Positions 29,801 through 39,260 are shown, numbered from the stretch's first letter. The stretch is 64,000 nucleotides of DNA from Deferribacterales bacterium (GCA_050253075.1 JBFWJS010000001.1:1-64000); one strand, 5' to 3'. Numbers and translations are program-made. The notes: a model not told the origin generated them from the sequence alone.

Positions 29801-30539
29801 TGCCGACGGCGAAGACGTTACGGCACAGCTCTCGACAGGATACCTCCCCGCAGGGACATACACCGTGAAGCTGGTGGTGGCAGGCGCATACGACGTGGTC
29901 AACTCAGGCACAGAGATGGTCATCAGTCAGAAAGAGGTCACATTCAGCCTCAGCACAAACACGTTCGAATACGGTACAAGCCTTTCCAGCCTTGGGATAT
30001 CGTACTCCGGCACGATCAGCGGAGCAGAAGGCATCACAGGGGCAACAAGCTACCGCATTATGGATGCTAACAACAATGATGTGACATCAGCCGCACAGGC
30101 TGGCACACTCGAAGCGGGCAGTTACACACTGACAGTGGCACTCGCCGACGACAACTACACCGTTACAGCAAATACAGCATCCATCACCATAACAGGCGGT
30201 GCCCCCGAAACTCCTGAGACACCTGAACAGCCTCAGGAAGAACCTGCGCAAAGCGCACCGGATTTCATCCCTGCGATAATAAGCAACATCGCCACCCAGC
30301 CTGTTATACAGATAGAGGCATACTCTCCGCAGAGCTCGGGCGAATTCACCCAGAGGGACGAATCAGGCACGGCAGAAGCACAGGGCGAGCCCCAGAGCGG
30401 TGATGAAGGTATCGCAGACAGCGGATCTGACGAAATGCTGGCATCAGCGTATTTTTCAGGCACATCCAGATTCTCTAACTCTTACAAAGGGCTGGTAGAG
30501 ATAATAAACGGCGGTATCAAACTGCCCGAAGCAGAATAA
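26838..30539 (+). CDS. Two-partner secretion exoprotein (TpsA) with a filamentous haemagglutinin N-terminal domain and GLUG-type repeats
   Basis: INWQDFSI, LNANGQVFILNSNGILFG TPS domain; many (V/A)GG(L/F)IG...NSYATG repeats; C-terminal Ig/MBG-like units and a PET-rich linker. Confidence 0.88.
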   Translation: MKRFNPFWIIRKGMTLFVTASLLAGAVASHAAPSGGVVTSGNAVISQNGNTTDINQSSQNAAINWQDFSIGAKETVNFNQPNVDSVTLNRIVGTETSVINGALNANGQVFILNSNGILFGKNASVNTSGLAATTMQLSDKNFMAGKYTFTNASDASIINKGVINISNEGYAALFGKTVENTGVINVVKGKVYMTGAESVTIDIDGNSLVELTVEKSVLDAMVSNKGAVIADGGEIYLTTSSADDLTAGVVNNTGIIQAEGIDDIEGKAVIFAHGGTANIGGEISTGAGKGFVETSGDTVNFAEGVKVTSAYWLIDPTDITVDATLADALESQLLSGSALIETTDGSITFDADIDVAGASTLSVDAYEDIIVNSTINVSDTSALSLSYGNRLTVTLDTGVINLNDASTIQINGENYNVIRTDDQLQDMDQNMAGKYVLGTDIDLNGYAYERIGDSMSNFTGALNGLGHTISNMTVSNDVGGSGLFGTLETASVSNLLITDANSSTTSANAGILGGKAVDSDIYNVGVSGTVSGPQVGGLLGYSIGSTITNTYADADLTGAEQNSGGFIGIAYDTIIKDSYSAGVIEGTSMIGGFIGALHGTSSITGSYSSVDVTSTDAMMGFAGGLIGYAVNTGEMSNNYATGNVKGTVRIGGLIGSAGDITLSDSYATGTVDGGQYTGGLIGYGTNITVSDSHATGAINSTLTTGSYAGGFIGAIVKGSITNSYATGNVKGGAVAGGFAGYVKDAYISKTYASGNVNGADYAGGHFGYMQIADVADAYLTESYATGDVTGNNHIGGLGGRIVNAYVNNSYSTGDVEGSSNVGGLIGSVNGGNIENVYTFSDVEGTHEYAAGLVGLATDFNSNITNAFAFGTVTGSSYVAGLINDDGKATVTNSYFSSDANPSTGTDTYNVSAANAQMTDNIKDTFDTDTIWTGETVNMGFPLLRWQGDITDITLTFPSDAEYGTTGLTAADFLSDYASYGDYSYVVLNADGEDVTAQLSTGYLPAGTYTVKLVVAGAYDVVNSGTEMVISQKEVTFSLSTNTFEYGTSLSSLGISYSGTISGAEGITGATSYRIMDANNNDVTSAAQAGTLEAGSYTLTVALADDNYTVTANTASITITGGAPETPETPEQPQEEPAQSAPDFIPAIISNIATQPVIQIEAYSPQSSGEFTQRDESGTAEAQGEPQSGDEGIADSGSDEMLASAYFSGTSRFSNSYKGLVEIINGGIKLPEAE

Positions 30540-30549
30540 GGGACACACG

Positions 30550-32235
30550 ATGAACATAAAGAAACTGACAACATTTATATTTGCATTATGCATCACAGGA
30601 ACAGCCTTTGCCGCACCGCAAGCGCCTTCTATCGGCGATGCCATAAGGCAGGCTGAGCCGCCGAAGGACATCCCCGTACAGGAACAGCCCCTGCCGAAAG
30701 TGGAAAAGCAGGAGCGCCCCGTAATGAAGAGCACAGGCGGAAAGACAGTGCACGTCAACAGCTTCTCCATAGCAGGCAACACAGCCATCAGCACAGAAGA
30801 GCTGAACGCAGTGGTAAACGCTCCTGAAAACGTGGGCAGAGACATGACATTCGGCGACATACAGGCCGTAGCTGCGAAACTGACAGAATACTATAAAGAA
30901 AGAGGATACTTCGTCGCAAAAGCATATATACCAAAACAGGAGATGACCGACGGCAAGGTCGAGCTAGTCATCCTAGAGGGTAAATACGGAGAGCTGAACA
31001 TACAAAACAACTCTCTCGTAAACGACGGACGTATAAGAAAAATGGCAGATAAAGCTGCCGACGATGAAATTATTTTATCGGGCACACTGGAGCATCAAAT
31101 GCTGCTGGTGAACAGAACCCCGGGGGCTCACTTAAAAAAGCTCAACATCAGACCGGGTGTTGAGCCGGGCACAAGCGACTTCGACTTTCAGGTCGACGCG
31201 GCGCCCCGTGTTTACGGCTACCTTATCGGAGACAACTACGGGCTGAGATACACAGGTGAATACCGTGCAATGGCAGGCGTCGGCATAAACTCGCCGCTCG
31301 GACTGGGGGACAGACTCTTCCTGAACGGACTGATGAGCGACAACGGAGGACTGACAAACGGCAGAGCCGCTTACCTCATCCCGCTTAATGCATCGGGGCT
31401 CACTGCAGAGCTCTCATACTCTCACACAGAGTACGAGCTTTCAGAGGAATATGACTATCTCGATGCGACAGGACGCTCTGATAACGCATCCGTAGAGTTC
31501 AAATATCCTCTGCACCTTTCCAGAAATGCGGAGCTGTATACCACGGTTCTCTTCAGCTACAAAGATATGGAAGACGAGATGGAGGAATTCGACACACTCG
31601 TGGACAAAGACACCATGTCTGTCTATGCGGATGTCAGCTACAAACGCAGCTATACCCTCTTCGGACTGCCAAGCAGTACAAAGGTGAAGGGCGGGCTGAA
31701 AGTCGGCAGGCTGGATTTTGACGATTCAGATTCTGAAAGAGCAGACAAGGCCGGTGCAGATACCGCAGGCACATACAGTAAACTGAACGTCTCCGTAGAG
31801 CAGAAGACAAACTTCAGCAAAAAGTTCTCGCTGTCTGCATCACTCCAGATACAGCAGGCGCTGGGTAATAAAAATCTGGACGGAAGCGAAGACATCTCCC
31901 TCGGCGGAGTATACGGCGTAAAGGTATACCCAAGCGGTGAAGAGAGCGCAGAGAACGGATACATAATGAATGCAGAGCTCTTCTACAGACTGCCAAAAGT
32001 GAAAGAAGTGACAAGCATGCTGAGCATCTTTGCCGACCATGCATATGCGAAACCGCAGTATGACTTCTCAAACGAAAACGGCCGCAGCCTCTCAGATGTG
32101 GGTATCGGCGGATACGTCTATTACAAGACATTCTTCATGAAGGCATACTATGCACATGCTGTGGGCGGTGCAAAGGTCGAAAGCGAACCCGACTATAACA
32201 ACAAGCTGCTCATTCAGGCGGGCATGACATTCTAA
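30550..32235 (+). CDS. ShlB/FhaC/HecB family TpsB transporter
   Basis: POTRA motif YKERGY...AYIPKQ, DNYG, LGG..GVKVY; C-terminal Phe. Confidence 0.9.
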   Translation: MNIKKLTTFIFALCITGTAFAAPQAPSIGDAIRQAEPPKDIPVQEQPLPKVEKQERPVMKSTGGKTVHVNSFSIAGNTAISTEELNAVVNAPENVGRDMTFGDIQAVAAKLTEYYKERGYFVAKAYIPKQEMTDGKVELVILEGKYGELNIQNNSLVNDGRIRKMADKAADDEIILSGTLEHQMLLVNRTPGAHLKKLNIRPGVEPGTSDFDFQVDAAPRVYGYLIGDNYGLRYTGEYRAMAGVGINSPLGLGDRLFLNGLMSDNGGLTNGRAAYLIPLNASGLTAELSYSHTEYELSEEYDYLDATGRSDNASVEFKYPLHLSRNAELYTTVLFSYKDMEDEMEEFDTLVDKDTMSVYADVSYKRSYTLFGLPSSTKVKGGLKVGRLDFDDSDSERADKAGADTAGTYSKLNVSVEQKTNFSKKFSLSASLQIQQALGNKNLDGSEDISLGGVYGVKVYPSGEESAENGYIMNAELFYRLPKVKEVTSMLSIFADHAYAKPQYDFSNENGRSLSDVGIGGYVYYKTFFMKAYYAHAVGGAKVESEPDYNNKLLIQAGMTF

Positions 32236-32242
32236 AAAAGTT

Positions 32243-32472
32243 AAGGCTCCCTTCAGAGCAAGGGACTTAGAAGACTTTTTGAAATTTTGAAGTAAAATAA
32301 GAAAAACCCCAATTTTAATAATAAGATTGGGGTTTTTATTTCAGGAAATTTTTTTCGTCATCCTGAGGCTTTCGCCGAAGGATCTGAACACGTAGATTCT
32401 CTAATAGTATCAGATTCTTCGCTCCGCTCAGAATGACGCAGCCGTGTTTGTTTTAGAGATTCGGGGAGCCTT
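32243..32472. mobile_element. Possible MITE-like remnant with 9-bp terminal inverted repeats
   Basis: AAGGCTCCC (32243-32251) and GGGAGCCTT (32464-32472) bracket an internal hairpin and a palindromic repeat. No transposase is present. Confidence 0.35.
32356..32438. repeat. Palindromic REP-like element (GTCATCCTGAG...GAAGGATCT / AGATTCTTCG...CTCAGAATGAC)
   Basis: Long imperfect inverted repeat of a widespread intergenic palindromic repeat type, between convergent genes. Confidence 0.7.
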
Positions 32473-32474
32473 TT

Positions 32475-33137
32475 TTATATTATCTCGAAAAGTTTTTCAC
32501 TGTCGAAGTGCCTCATGCAGTGTTCCGCTCCTGCCGAGACCAGTTCGTCCACATCCCTGCCTATACCGATAAAGTCATAGCCTGCATCCTTTGTTGCGTT
32601 GAAATCCCAAACTCTGTCGCCGAAGTATATAATGCGCTCAAAGCTCTCCACGCTGTGCCTCTCCTTCGCACGCTCCTCACACCGCAGGAGTATCTTATCC
32701 CTGTGCATAGAGTCGTTCGAAGATGCTATGACAAAATCAGCAGATATAAAATTCGCCCTGTTCAGCTTGTGTTCGGCGATCCTGAGGGAGTTCCCCGTGG
32801 CTATGCCTATCTTCATATAGGGGTTCTTCTTCACTTCGTCTACGAAGTCGTTGGCACCCGTCAAAGCATGCACATTTGTATCGCCCGCACGGGAGAGGTA
32901 CGTTTCCTCCAGCTTTGCTTCGAATTCCAGAAATTCCTCAAACCCTAACTCCCTGCCGAAGCTGTCCATGATGATCTCTGAAAGGATGCCGTAGTCTGTG
33001 GCATTTTTAAACTGCCGCCAGTTCTTATCTATTTTCTTTATGCCGTAGACCATATTTATGGTGTCTTCGAAATAGTCACCGTCATAAGTGCTGAGGTCTA
33101 TCAGCGTTCCGTCTATGTCAAAGATAAGCAGTTTCAT
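32475..33137 (-). CDS. HAD family hydrolase
   Basis: FDIDGTL, ATGN, FGDRVWD motifs. Confidence 0.9.
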   Translation of the reverse strand: MKLLIFDIDGTLIDLSTYDGDYFEDTINMVYGIKKIDKNWRQFKNATDYGILSEIIMDSFGRELGFEEFLEFEAKLEETYLSRAGDTNVHALTGANDFVDEVKKNPYMKIGIATGNSLRIAEHKLNRANFISADFVIASSNDSMHRDKILLRCEERAKERHSVESFERIIYFGDRVWDFNATKDAGYDFIGIGRDVDELVSAGAEHCMRHFDSEKLFEII

Positions 33138-33144
33138 CCGTCAC

Positions 33145-34560
33145 CTATTTCAAAGCCGCTTTTACATGGTCTGCGATGTAGATTATCGTCTTTTCGATCT
33201 CGTCTATCGGGATAGACGCAGGGCACAGCAGTATGTGCGAACTGTCCGCACGGTCAAAGAAATATCCCGGGTGGAATCCGCTGTAGTAAGCATTCTGGAA
33301 TATCTTTCTTATATTCATCTTAGGGAAATTCAGCCAGAAGTGAAAGCCGCAGTTGCGCTCGTCCCACTCTGCAATGCCTTTCAGATATTTATCCATCAGC
33401 TCCAGAGCCCTTTCACGCCTTTGCCTTATAAATGCCCTGATAGCCTCCATCAGCAGGTAATAGTCTCCGCTGCGGAACATCTCGTCCAGAGCTATCTGCA
33501 TGAGGAAGTTCGCCTTCATGCCGTTCTGCATGAGAACATTGCTCAGATGCTCCACCATATATTTATCGGCTATTATCCAAGATGTCTGTAAATCGCACGG
33601 ACAGCTCCTTATGAATGAGCCGATATATATGATATTTCCGTTTTTATCCATAGACTTAAGCGGGTTAGGGAACGGCTTGTTATACCATGCATCCCGCAGA
33701 TGGTCTATCTCCACAACGGGGAGCTGATGCTTGTCCACCAGGTCCATGATCTCTCTCTTCCGCTTGCGTGTCATGACGACACCTGTCGGAGCCTGATCTG
33801 TCGGGTCCACATGCAGCATAGGGTGCTTATACCTTGTGATACATTTTTTCAGCTCATTTACGGATATGCCGTATTCGTCCATTGGCACGGGTATCATGTT
33901 CATCCCTATGGAATGTATGTTTGATATCGCCATGATGAGATTGCTCTTTTCATATAAAAAGTTAGACCCGCTGCTCATGAGTGATTCGTATATCGGGTTT
34001 ATAACGAGGATGCTCGACGGGCATATCAGCACGTTTTCGATGTCGGTCTCTATGCCGTACTGCTTCACATGTTTTACGACGGAACGTCTGAGGCATTCAT
34101 AACCGAATTTGCTGAATTTCTTTTTTGTCTCCGGCGTGCCGACCTTGTCCAGAGCGTTATGCATAGACTTTACGATGTATGGGCGAGAGTTGAAATCCGT
34201 ACTGAGGCCAAAGTCTGCAAGGCCGTCTGCATCATTCCAGAACTTAATATCCGAATGGCTCGGCTTATGCTTTGCTCTTTTCAGATATGTCTGCCAGTTT
34301 GCTACCTTACGGTTCCAGTTTTCGGCCACGACGATGCCAGATTTCGGATAAGAGACCAGATACCCTTCACTGACGAGCTGGTCTATTGCCGTGGTCACCG
34401 TGTTTCTGCTGACGCCCAGTTTCTCCACCATCAGTCTTCGGCTGGGTACTTTCTCCCCGCTTTTGACAGTGCCTGAGGTTATCTGATCTCTGATATGATC
34501 CGCAAGCTGAAGATAGATAGGCTGGTCTGAATCTTTCTCGGCTGCCCAGTTTAATATCAT
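33145..34560 (-). CDS. MocR/GabR-family regulator (GntR HTH plus aminotransferase-like domain)
   Basis: PIYLQLAD...PSRR...GVSRNTV...L.SEGYL HTH; DQAPTG and IYIGSF fold-type I motifs. Confidence 0.88.
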   Translation of the reverse strand: MILNWAAEKDSDQPIYLQLADHIRDQITSGTVKSGEKVPSRRLMVEKLGVSRNTVTTAIDQLVSEGYLVSYPKSGIVVAENWNRKVANWQTYLKRAKHKPSHSDIKFWNDADGLADFGLSTDFNSRPYIVKSMHNALDKVGTPETKKKFSKFGYECLRRSVVKHVKQYGIETDIENVLICPSSILVINPIYESLMSSGSNFLYEKSNLIMAISNIHSIGMNMIPVPMDEYGISVNELKKCITRYKHPMLHVDPTDQAPTGVVMTRKRKREIMDLVDKHQLPVVEIDHLRDAWYNKPFPNPLKSMDKNGNIIYIGSFIRSCPCDLQTSWIIADKYMVEHLSNVLMQNGMKANFLMQIALDEMFRSGDYYLLMEAIRAFIRQRRERALELMDKYLKGIAEWDERNCGFHFWLNFPKMNIRKIFQNAYYSGFHPGYFFDRADSSHILLCPASIPIDEIEKTIIYIADHVKAALK

Positions 34561-34626
34561 GTTAAAATATCTCCGTTTTTCAACATGTGGTTTACATGTA
34601 TCGAAATTTTTATAAATAAAAACGTT

Positions 34627-34657
34627 TGGCCCTGTAAAAAAATCATTATCTGGCCCT
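34627..34657. promoter_or_regulatory. Direct repeats TGGCCCT, candidate MocR binding site
   Basis: TGGCCCT at 34627-34633 and 34651-34657, upstream of the MocR gene. Confidence 0.5.
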
Positions 34658-34960
34658 ATTCATTATCATCAGGCACCTCTAAATTGTCAACAACAGATAG
34701 ATGATTTAACTTAAGAATTAAAAAAAGCCGTTTGCATTAACATCATTTTTTTTACAGCCCGGACCCAGTTGATGCAGACGGCTGAACATACTTTGAACCA
34801 AGATTAATTATTTAAGCCGATACCTGCGGCGTCAACTTACAGACCACAACCCCTAGTATGTGTCTTGTTTGCCAGTGCGGGAAGAATCGACGCCGTAGAT
34901 CAGCTTAACAACCGTTTAATAAAATACGCTCTATCGGGCAGGCGTGCGACTTGTGAGGAC

Positions 34961-35635
34961 ATGATGCATAAAAACCTGACAGAAGCAGCATCAAACTCTG
35001 ATGCCTCATGCATCTTCGAAGCAGAAAGCGACCTTGCGGTCTTTTCTCTCCTGTCGGATTTTTACTGCAATAAACCGTGTAAGAAATATTTTCAGGCTCT
35101 CAATATGACAGAAAGCCCTTACGAAGCCCGCCCTCACATTTCAAAAGCCTTTACAGATATAAGAAATGCTCTGAACGAAGCAGATGAAAAACCGGGGGTC
35201 TATGAGCTGATTCAGGAAGAGTGGGCGGCGCTGTTCTCTGCATCGGACAACACAGCCACAGGCAGCAAGCCCTATATACACGCATACAAAAGAGCAGAAA
35301 GCACCGCAATGATATGCGGGCTCATAAAGATATATAAAGAATGTGCCTATACGGACTTTCTGGATAACAGCCACAGGCACGACTATATCGGCTCCATGCT
35401 GGGCTATCTGGCATGCATAGCGAATAAAGCATCGCACCGGATGAACACAGGTGATGCGCAGGCATACACCTGCTATACAGAGACAAGAGACCAATTCATC
35501 GATGAATACATCAACAGCTGGTTTCATCTGTATTATGAAGACGTTGTAAAGACTGTCAAAACAGCCTTCATCAGCGGAATGCTTACACTTACTTATACGA
35601 TTTTCAAGAGGAACACACCTCCTAGTATGTCCTGA
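34961..35635 (+). CDS. TorD/DmsD-like molybdoenzyme chaperone (divergent)
   Basis: All-helical. EWAALF...KPY..AY, then HDYIGSMLGYL (DHI..EL-like) and QFIDEYINSW. Start is ATG 34961 after GAGGA. Confidence 0.6.
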   Translation: MMHKNLTEAASNSDASCIFEAESDLAVFSLLSDFYCNKPCKKYFQALNMTESPYEARPHISKAFTDIRNALNEADEKPGVYELIQEEWAALFSASDNTATGSKPYIHAYKRAESTAMICGLIKIYKECAYTDFLDNSHRHDYIGSMLGYLACIANKASHRMNTGDAQAYTCYTETRDQFIDEYINSWFHLYYEDVVKTVKTAFISGMLTLTYTIFKRNTPPSMS

Positions 35636-35953
35636 CCAAACATACTTAGGTTTTTGCAAACACACCAGTTCATAGTGAACGCAACCTCTGAACATAGCGG
35701 GGAGTATTTGGGTTCTCCCCGCAATCTCCTTTCCACCTATTTAAATCTCATAAAAATCTATAAAACATTGTGTGTAAAGGCATCTGAAAATATGGTAGTT
35801 TTCACACATATTTTATCCAAGATTCCTTGCGCAGGTTTTAATCATAAGATAGTATTAAAAGTATCAAGACCAAACACACAACCCTTCTATATTATTCCAA
35901 ATATTGTATTTATGTGTAAATTAGACTTAGTAGAAATCAAATAGGAGTGAACC

Positions 35954-38900
35954 ATGAGACGGTTACTAATTTGCGTACTAATTGGTATGCTAGCTTTTTC
36001 ATCGGCCGGCTGTAACTTTTTCGGCAACAGCGGCGGATCATCAGTATCAGACAGCGACGGCAGCGGAGACGGTGACGGCGGCGGAGATGGAGACGGAGAT
36101 GGAGGCGTAACAGCCGATTCCGCAGGCTTCTTCGTGGACAGCGGCGTAGCAGGGCTGACATATCGTGCAGAGCCCTCCGGCATCACAGGCACAACAGACG
36201 CAGACGGACGCTATGAATACCTCACTGGCGACACCATATACTTCAGCATCGGCGATATAGAGCTCGGCTCTTCTGCAGGCTCTGAGTATGTCACACCTAT
36301 GTCCCTCTTCCCTGATGACAAGGACATGGCACTGAACCTCGCTCAGTTCCTTCAGAGTATCGACGACAACAATGACCCCACCGACGGCATAACACCCAGT
36401 GCTGCCGCTGTGGAAGCCCTCGCAGGCATAAACTTCACAAACGACACAACCACATTCGAATCGTTCCTCCGGACAAAGCTCCCTGCGGGGCTGACATTTG
36501 TTTCGAGAGAAGTGGCGATGAACCATATGGAGACAACATTCAACACATACGCCATCAACCCGAACGGACAAAACCACTCAGTGAAAAAGATATTCCCCGG
36601 ATATGACTCTGAACACGGTGTTGAGCTCTGGACAACATCCGACGGCAAAAACCTCAACTTTGTAAAAGAGCTGGACAACGGCGAAACACTGGGATCAGAC
36701 CCTGCCAGGATCACACAGGTAGGCTCAAAAATATTCTACACAGCAACAACTCAGGCATACGGCGAAGAGCTGTGGATCACTGACGGAACAGCCGCAGGCA
36801 CAAAGCTCGTAAAAGATATCACACCGGGTTCTGACAGTACCGAATTTGAGCTTACCATCGCACTCGGCGATAAGCTCATCTTCACTGCCTATACAGAAGA
36901 CTACGGTAAGGAAATATGGGTATCAGACGGTACAGAAGCAGGAACTTTCATGCTGAAAGATATCAAAGACGGATCATATACGTCATCACCGGAAGAACTT
37001 ACACTCTTCAACAACAAAGTATATTTCACAGCGACCTCAGACAATGAAGGCAGAGAGGTATGGTATACAGACGGCACAACAGCAGGCACAAACATCCTCG
37101 TCGACTATAACACCAACGGCGACTCAGCCCCTCAGATGCTTACAGTTGCTGCAGGCAGCCTCTGGTACAGAGCCTACAGCACAACATTCACATACGACAT
37201 AGTAAAATCTGACGGTACGACAGGCGGTACGGCAGCTTATGAAACAAATATAGGAACATCCTACGGCATGGCTGAATTCAACGGAAAACTCTATTATTTA
37301 GGAAGCGGATTCCTCAACTATACAGACGGATCATCCACTACTCAGCTTGTAATGGTTTCAGGCGGCAGCGAGCTGACAGCAGGAGACACAAGACTGTATC
37401 TCCTTGCCAACGGCACAGCCTTCAGTTCCCTGCATACGACTGACGGAGTAACACCGGGGAACCTTACAGAGATACTTGATGCAAACACCGACTACGCCCA
37501 GTACCCTTATGATTTGGTAACTGTGGGCGACAGACTCTTTTTCTTAATGCATACAAACGAATACGGCGGTGAGCTGTATACATCTGACGGAACCACATTT
37601 ACATTCCTCAAAGACATTTACCCGGGCACAGATTATTCCTATATCGAGGACATGACAGAGCTGGACGGTAAACTGTACTTTGATGCATATTCCCCTGACG
37701 AAGGCAGACAGCTATGGGTATCCGACGGTACAACAGCGGGTACTGTTGTCTTAAAAGATTTCACCGAAGAAGCAGGTAACGAAGCCGTTTACAGCATAAC
37801 AGCCATCGACGGGAACCTATACTTCAGCGCTCAGGACAGCGACGGAAACAGTGAGATATGGACATCAGACGGCACAGAGGAAGGCACCGTGCTCTATGTC
37901 GAAACAAATACATTACCGGCTTCAGGTATGCAGGAATATGTATTCTCCGTTAAAATCGGAGAAAAATTTACCTTTGGCAGAGGTGAAGAGATATGGGTAA
38001 CTGACGGCACAGCAGCAGGTACTGCAAAAACCGAATACACCAGCTCAACTATGGGCATATACGCAAATATGGGCGACTATGCCGTTATCCTGCTGACTGA
38101 TGAAGGCGGATATAGAATACTTAAAACAGACGGTACTCTCAGCGGTACAAGCATTATCGAAGAATTTTACAGCATTGAAGGCTATTTCATCACAAGAGCC
38201 GGAGATAACTTCCTCTTCTACGGACGTAAAACAAACGGCGAAACAAGCGCAATGTACACAGCCGACGGTACAGCAAACTCTGCTGTGCGTCTGCTCGACT
38301 CCGACAGTAATGAGATCACCAGTTTCGAATCATGTCAGAGTGTGGGCGACAAAGCCGCTATTAAAACTGTCGAAGACACAGGTACAGGCTATGCATACAA
38401 GCTGTACTTCACAGACGGAACCACAGCAGGCACCGTGACAGCCATAGACGTGACAACAACCGACTACAACACAGAGTATCTGTCAAACATGATATCCGTG
38501 GGCGATCTAGTCTACTACATAAACGATATGGACACAGACGGATTCGAGCTCTGGTCCTCAGACGGGACAGTCGGCGGAGAAGTATTCGTTAAAACCATCA
38601 GCGAAGACCTGGACCGCTTTGACATGCAGAGTATGGTAGATGTTGACGGAACGCTCTACTTCGTCTATATGGACTCTGACTGGACACACTATCTCTGGAA
38701 AAGTGACGGCACGGCAGCGACCACCGTACAGGTGAAAGACTTCTATGCAGGCAGAGTTGCTGATCCTGAGGTAGAGATATCACCTCTGGCCGTAGTAGAC
38801 GACAAATTCTACTTTCTGCTCCGTGACGCCATAGACGGAGACGACAACGCCACATATTCAGTATGGGTGGTAGATAACACTACAGAGCTCGTACAGGAAG

Positions 38901-39103
38901 TGGAGTTCGGAGACGCAGACTTCTCCACCTATACTCTGATCATGGGTAACAGAAGAGGCGGAGGCGTCAGCAGAGACACCGAATACATCCTCGCATGGCT
39001 GGTGAACAGAGAAGACAGCAAAGGTCAGCTCGTTAAAGTTCTGGGAAGCTCTATTACAGTGCTTCAGGAATCAGACTATTTCCCTTATAGGATAACTAGA
39101 TAA
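35954..39103 (+). CDS. ELWxxDGT repeat (beta-propeller) surface lipoprotein
   Basis: Lipobox-like SAGC, Gly/Asp linker, many ELW/EIW-xx-DGT repeats. Confidence 0.88.
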   Translation: MRRLLICVLIGMLAFSSAGCNFFGNSGGSSVSDSDGSGDGDGGGDGDGDGGVTADSAGFFVDSGVAGLTYRAEPSGITGTTDADGRYEYLTGDTIYFSIGDIELGSSAGSEYVTPMSLFPDDKDMALNLAQFLQSIDDNNDPTDGITPSAAAVEALAGINFTNDTTTFESFLRTKLPAGLTFVSREVAMNHMETTFNTYAINPNGQNHSVKKIFPGYDSEHGVELWTTSDGKNLNFVKELDNGETLGSDPARITQVGSKIFYTATTQAYGEELWITDGTAAGTKLVKDITPGSDSTEFELTIALGDKLIFTAYTEDYGKEIWVSDGTEAGTFMLKDIKDGSYTSSPEELTLFNNKVYFTATSDNEGREVWYTDGTTAGTNILVDYNTNGDSAPQMLTVAAGSLWYRAYSTTFTYDIVKSDGTTGGTAAYETNIGTSYGMAEFNGKLYYLGSGFLNYTDGSSTTQLVMVSGGSELTAGDTRLYLLANGTAFSSLHTTDGVTPGNLTEILDANTDYAQYPYDLVTVGDRLFFLMHTNEYGGELYTSDGTTFTFLKDIYPGTDYSYIEDMTELDGKLYFDAYSPDEGRQLWVSDGTTAGTVVLKDFTEEAGNEAVYSITAIDGNLYFSAQDSDGNSEIWTSDGTEEGTVLYVETNTLPASGMQEYVFSVKIGEKFTFGRGEEIWVTDGTAAGTAKTEYTSSTMGIYANMGDYAVILLTDEGGYRILKTDGTLSGTSIIEEFYSIEGYFITRAGDNFLFYGRKTNGETSAMYTADGTANSAVRLLDSDSNEITSFESCQSVGDKAAIKTVEDTGTGYAYKLYFTDGTTAGTVTAIDVTTTDYNTEYLSNMISVGDLVYYINDMDTDGFELWSSDGTVGGEVFVKTISEDLDRFDMQSMVDVDGTLYFVYMDSDWTHYLWKSDGTAATTVQVKDFYAGRVADPEVEISPLAVVDDKFYFLLRDAIDGDDNATYSVWVVDNTTELVQEVEFGDADFSTYTLIMGNRRGGGVSRDTEYILAWLVNREDSKGQLVKVLGSSITVLQESDYFPYRITR

Positions 39104-39116
39104 TCTTGATCTAAAC

Positions 39117-39153
39117 AAGGGCATGCGTTTTAAGACGTGTGCCCTTTCCTTTT
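39117..39153 (+). terminator. Intrinsic terminator
   Basis: AAGGGCATGCGT...ACGTGTGCCCTT followed by a T-rich tail. Confidence 0.7.
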
Positions 39154-39260
39154 ATGTTCAGCAACTTAACAAAATGTAATCTCGTCGGCATAATTAACCG
39201 TGGATTTTATTTGGCGATTATATTATTTTATATATCGAATTACGAATATAGGAGAATATT

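Noticed and set aside
35654..35944. 96-aa ORF between the TorD-like and ELWxxDGT genes
   Set aside because: TTG start without an SD, crosses hairpins and AT-rich promoter sequence, and has no motifs.
36050..36107. GACGG(A/C/T) tandem-like repeats
   Set aside because: These encode a Gly/Asp linker and are degenerate at the DNA level. Not a CRISPR array or a clean VNTR.
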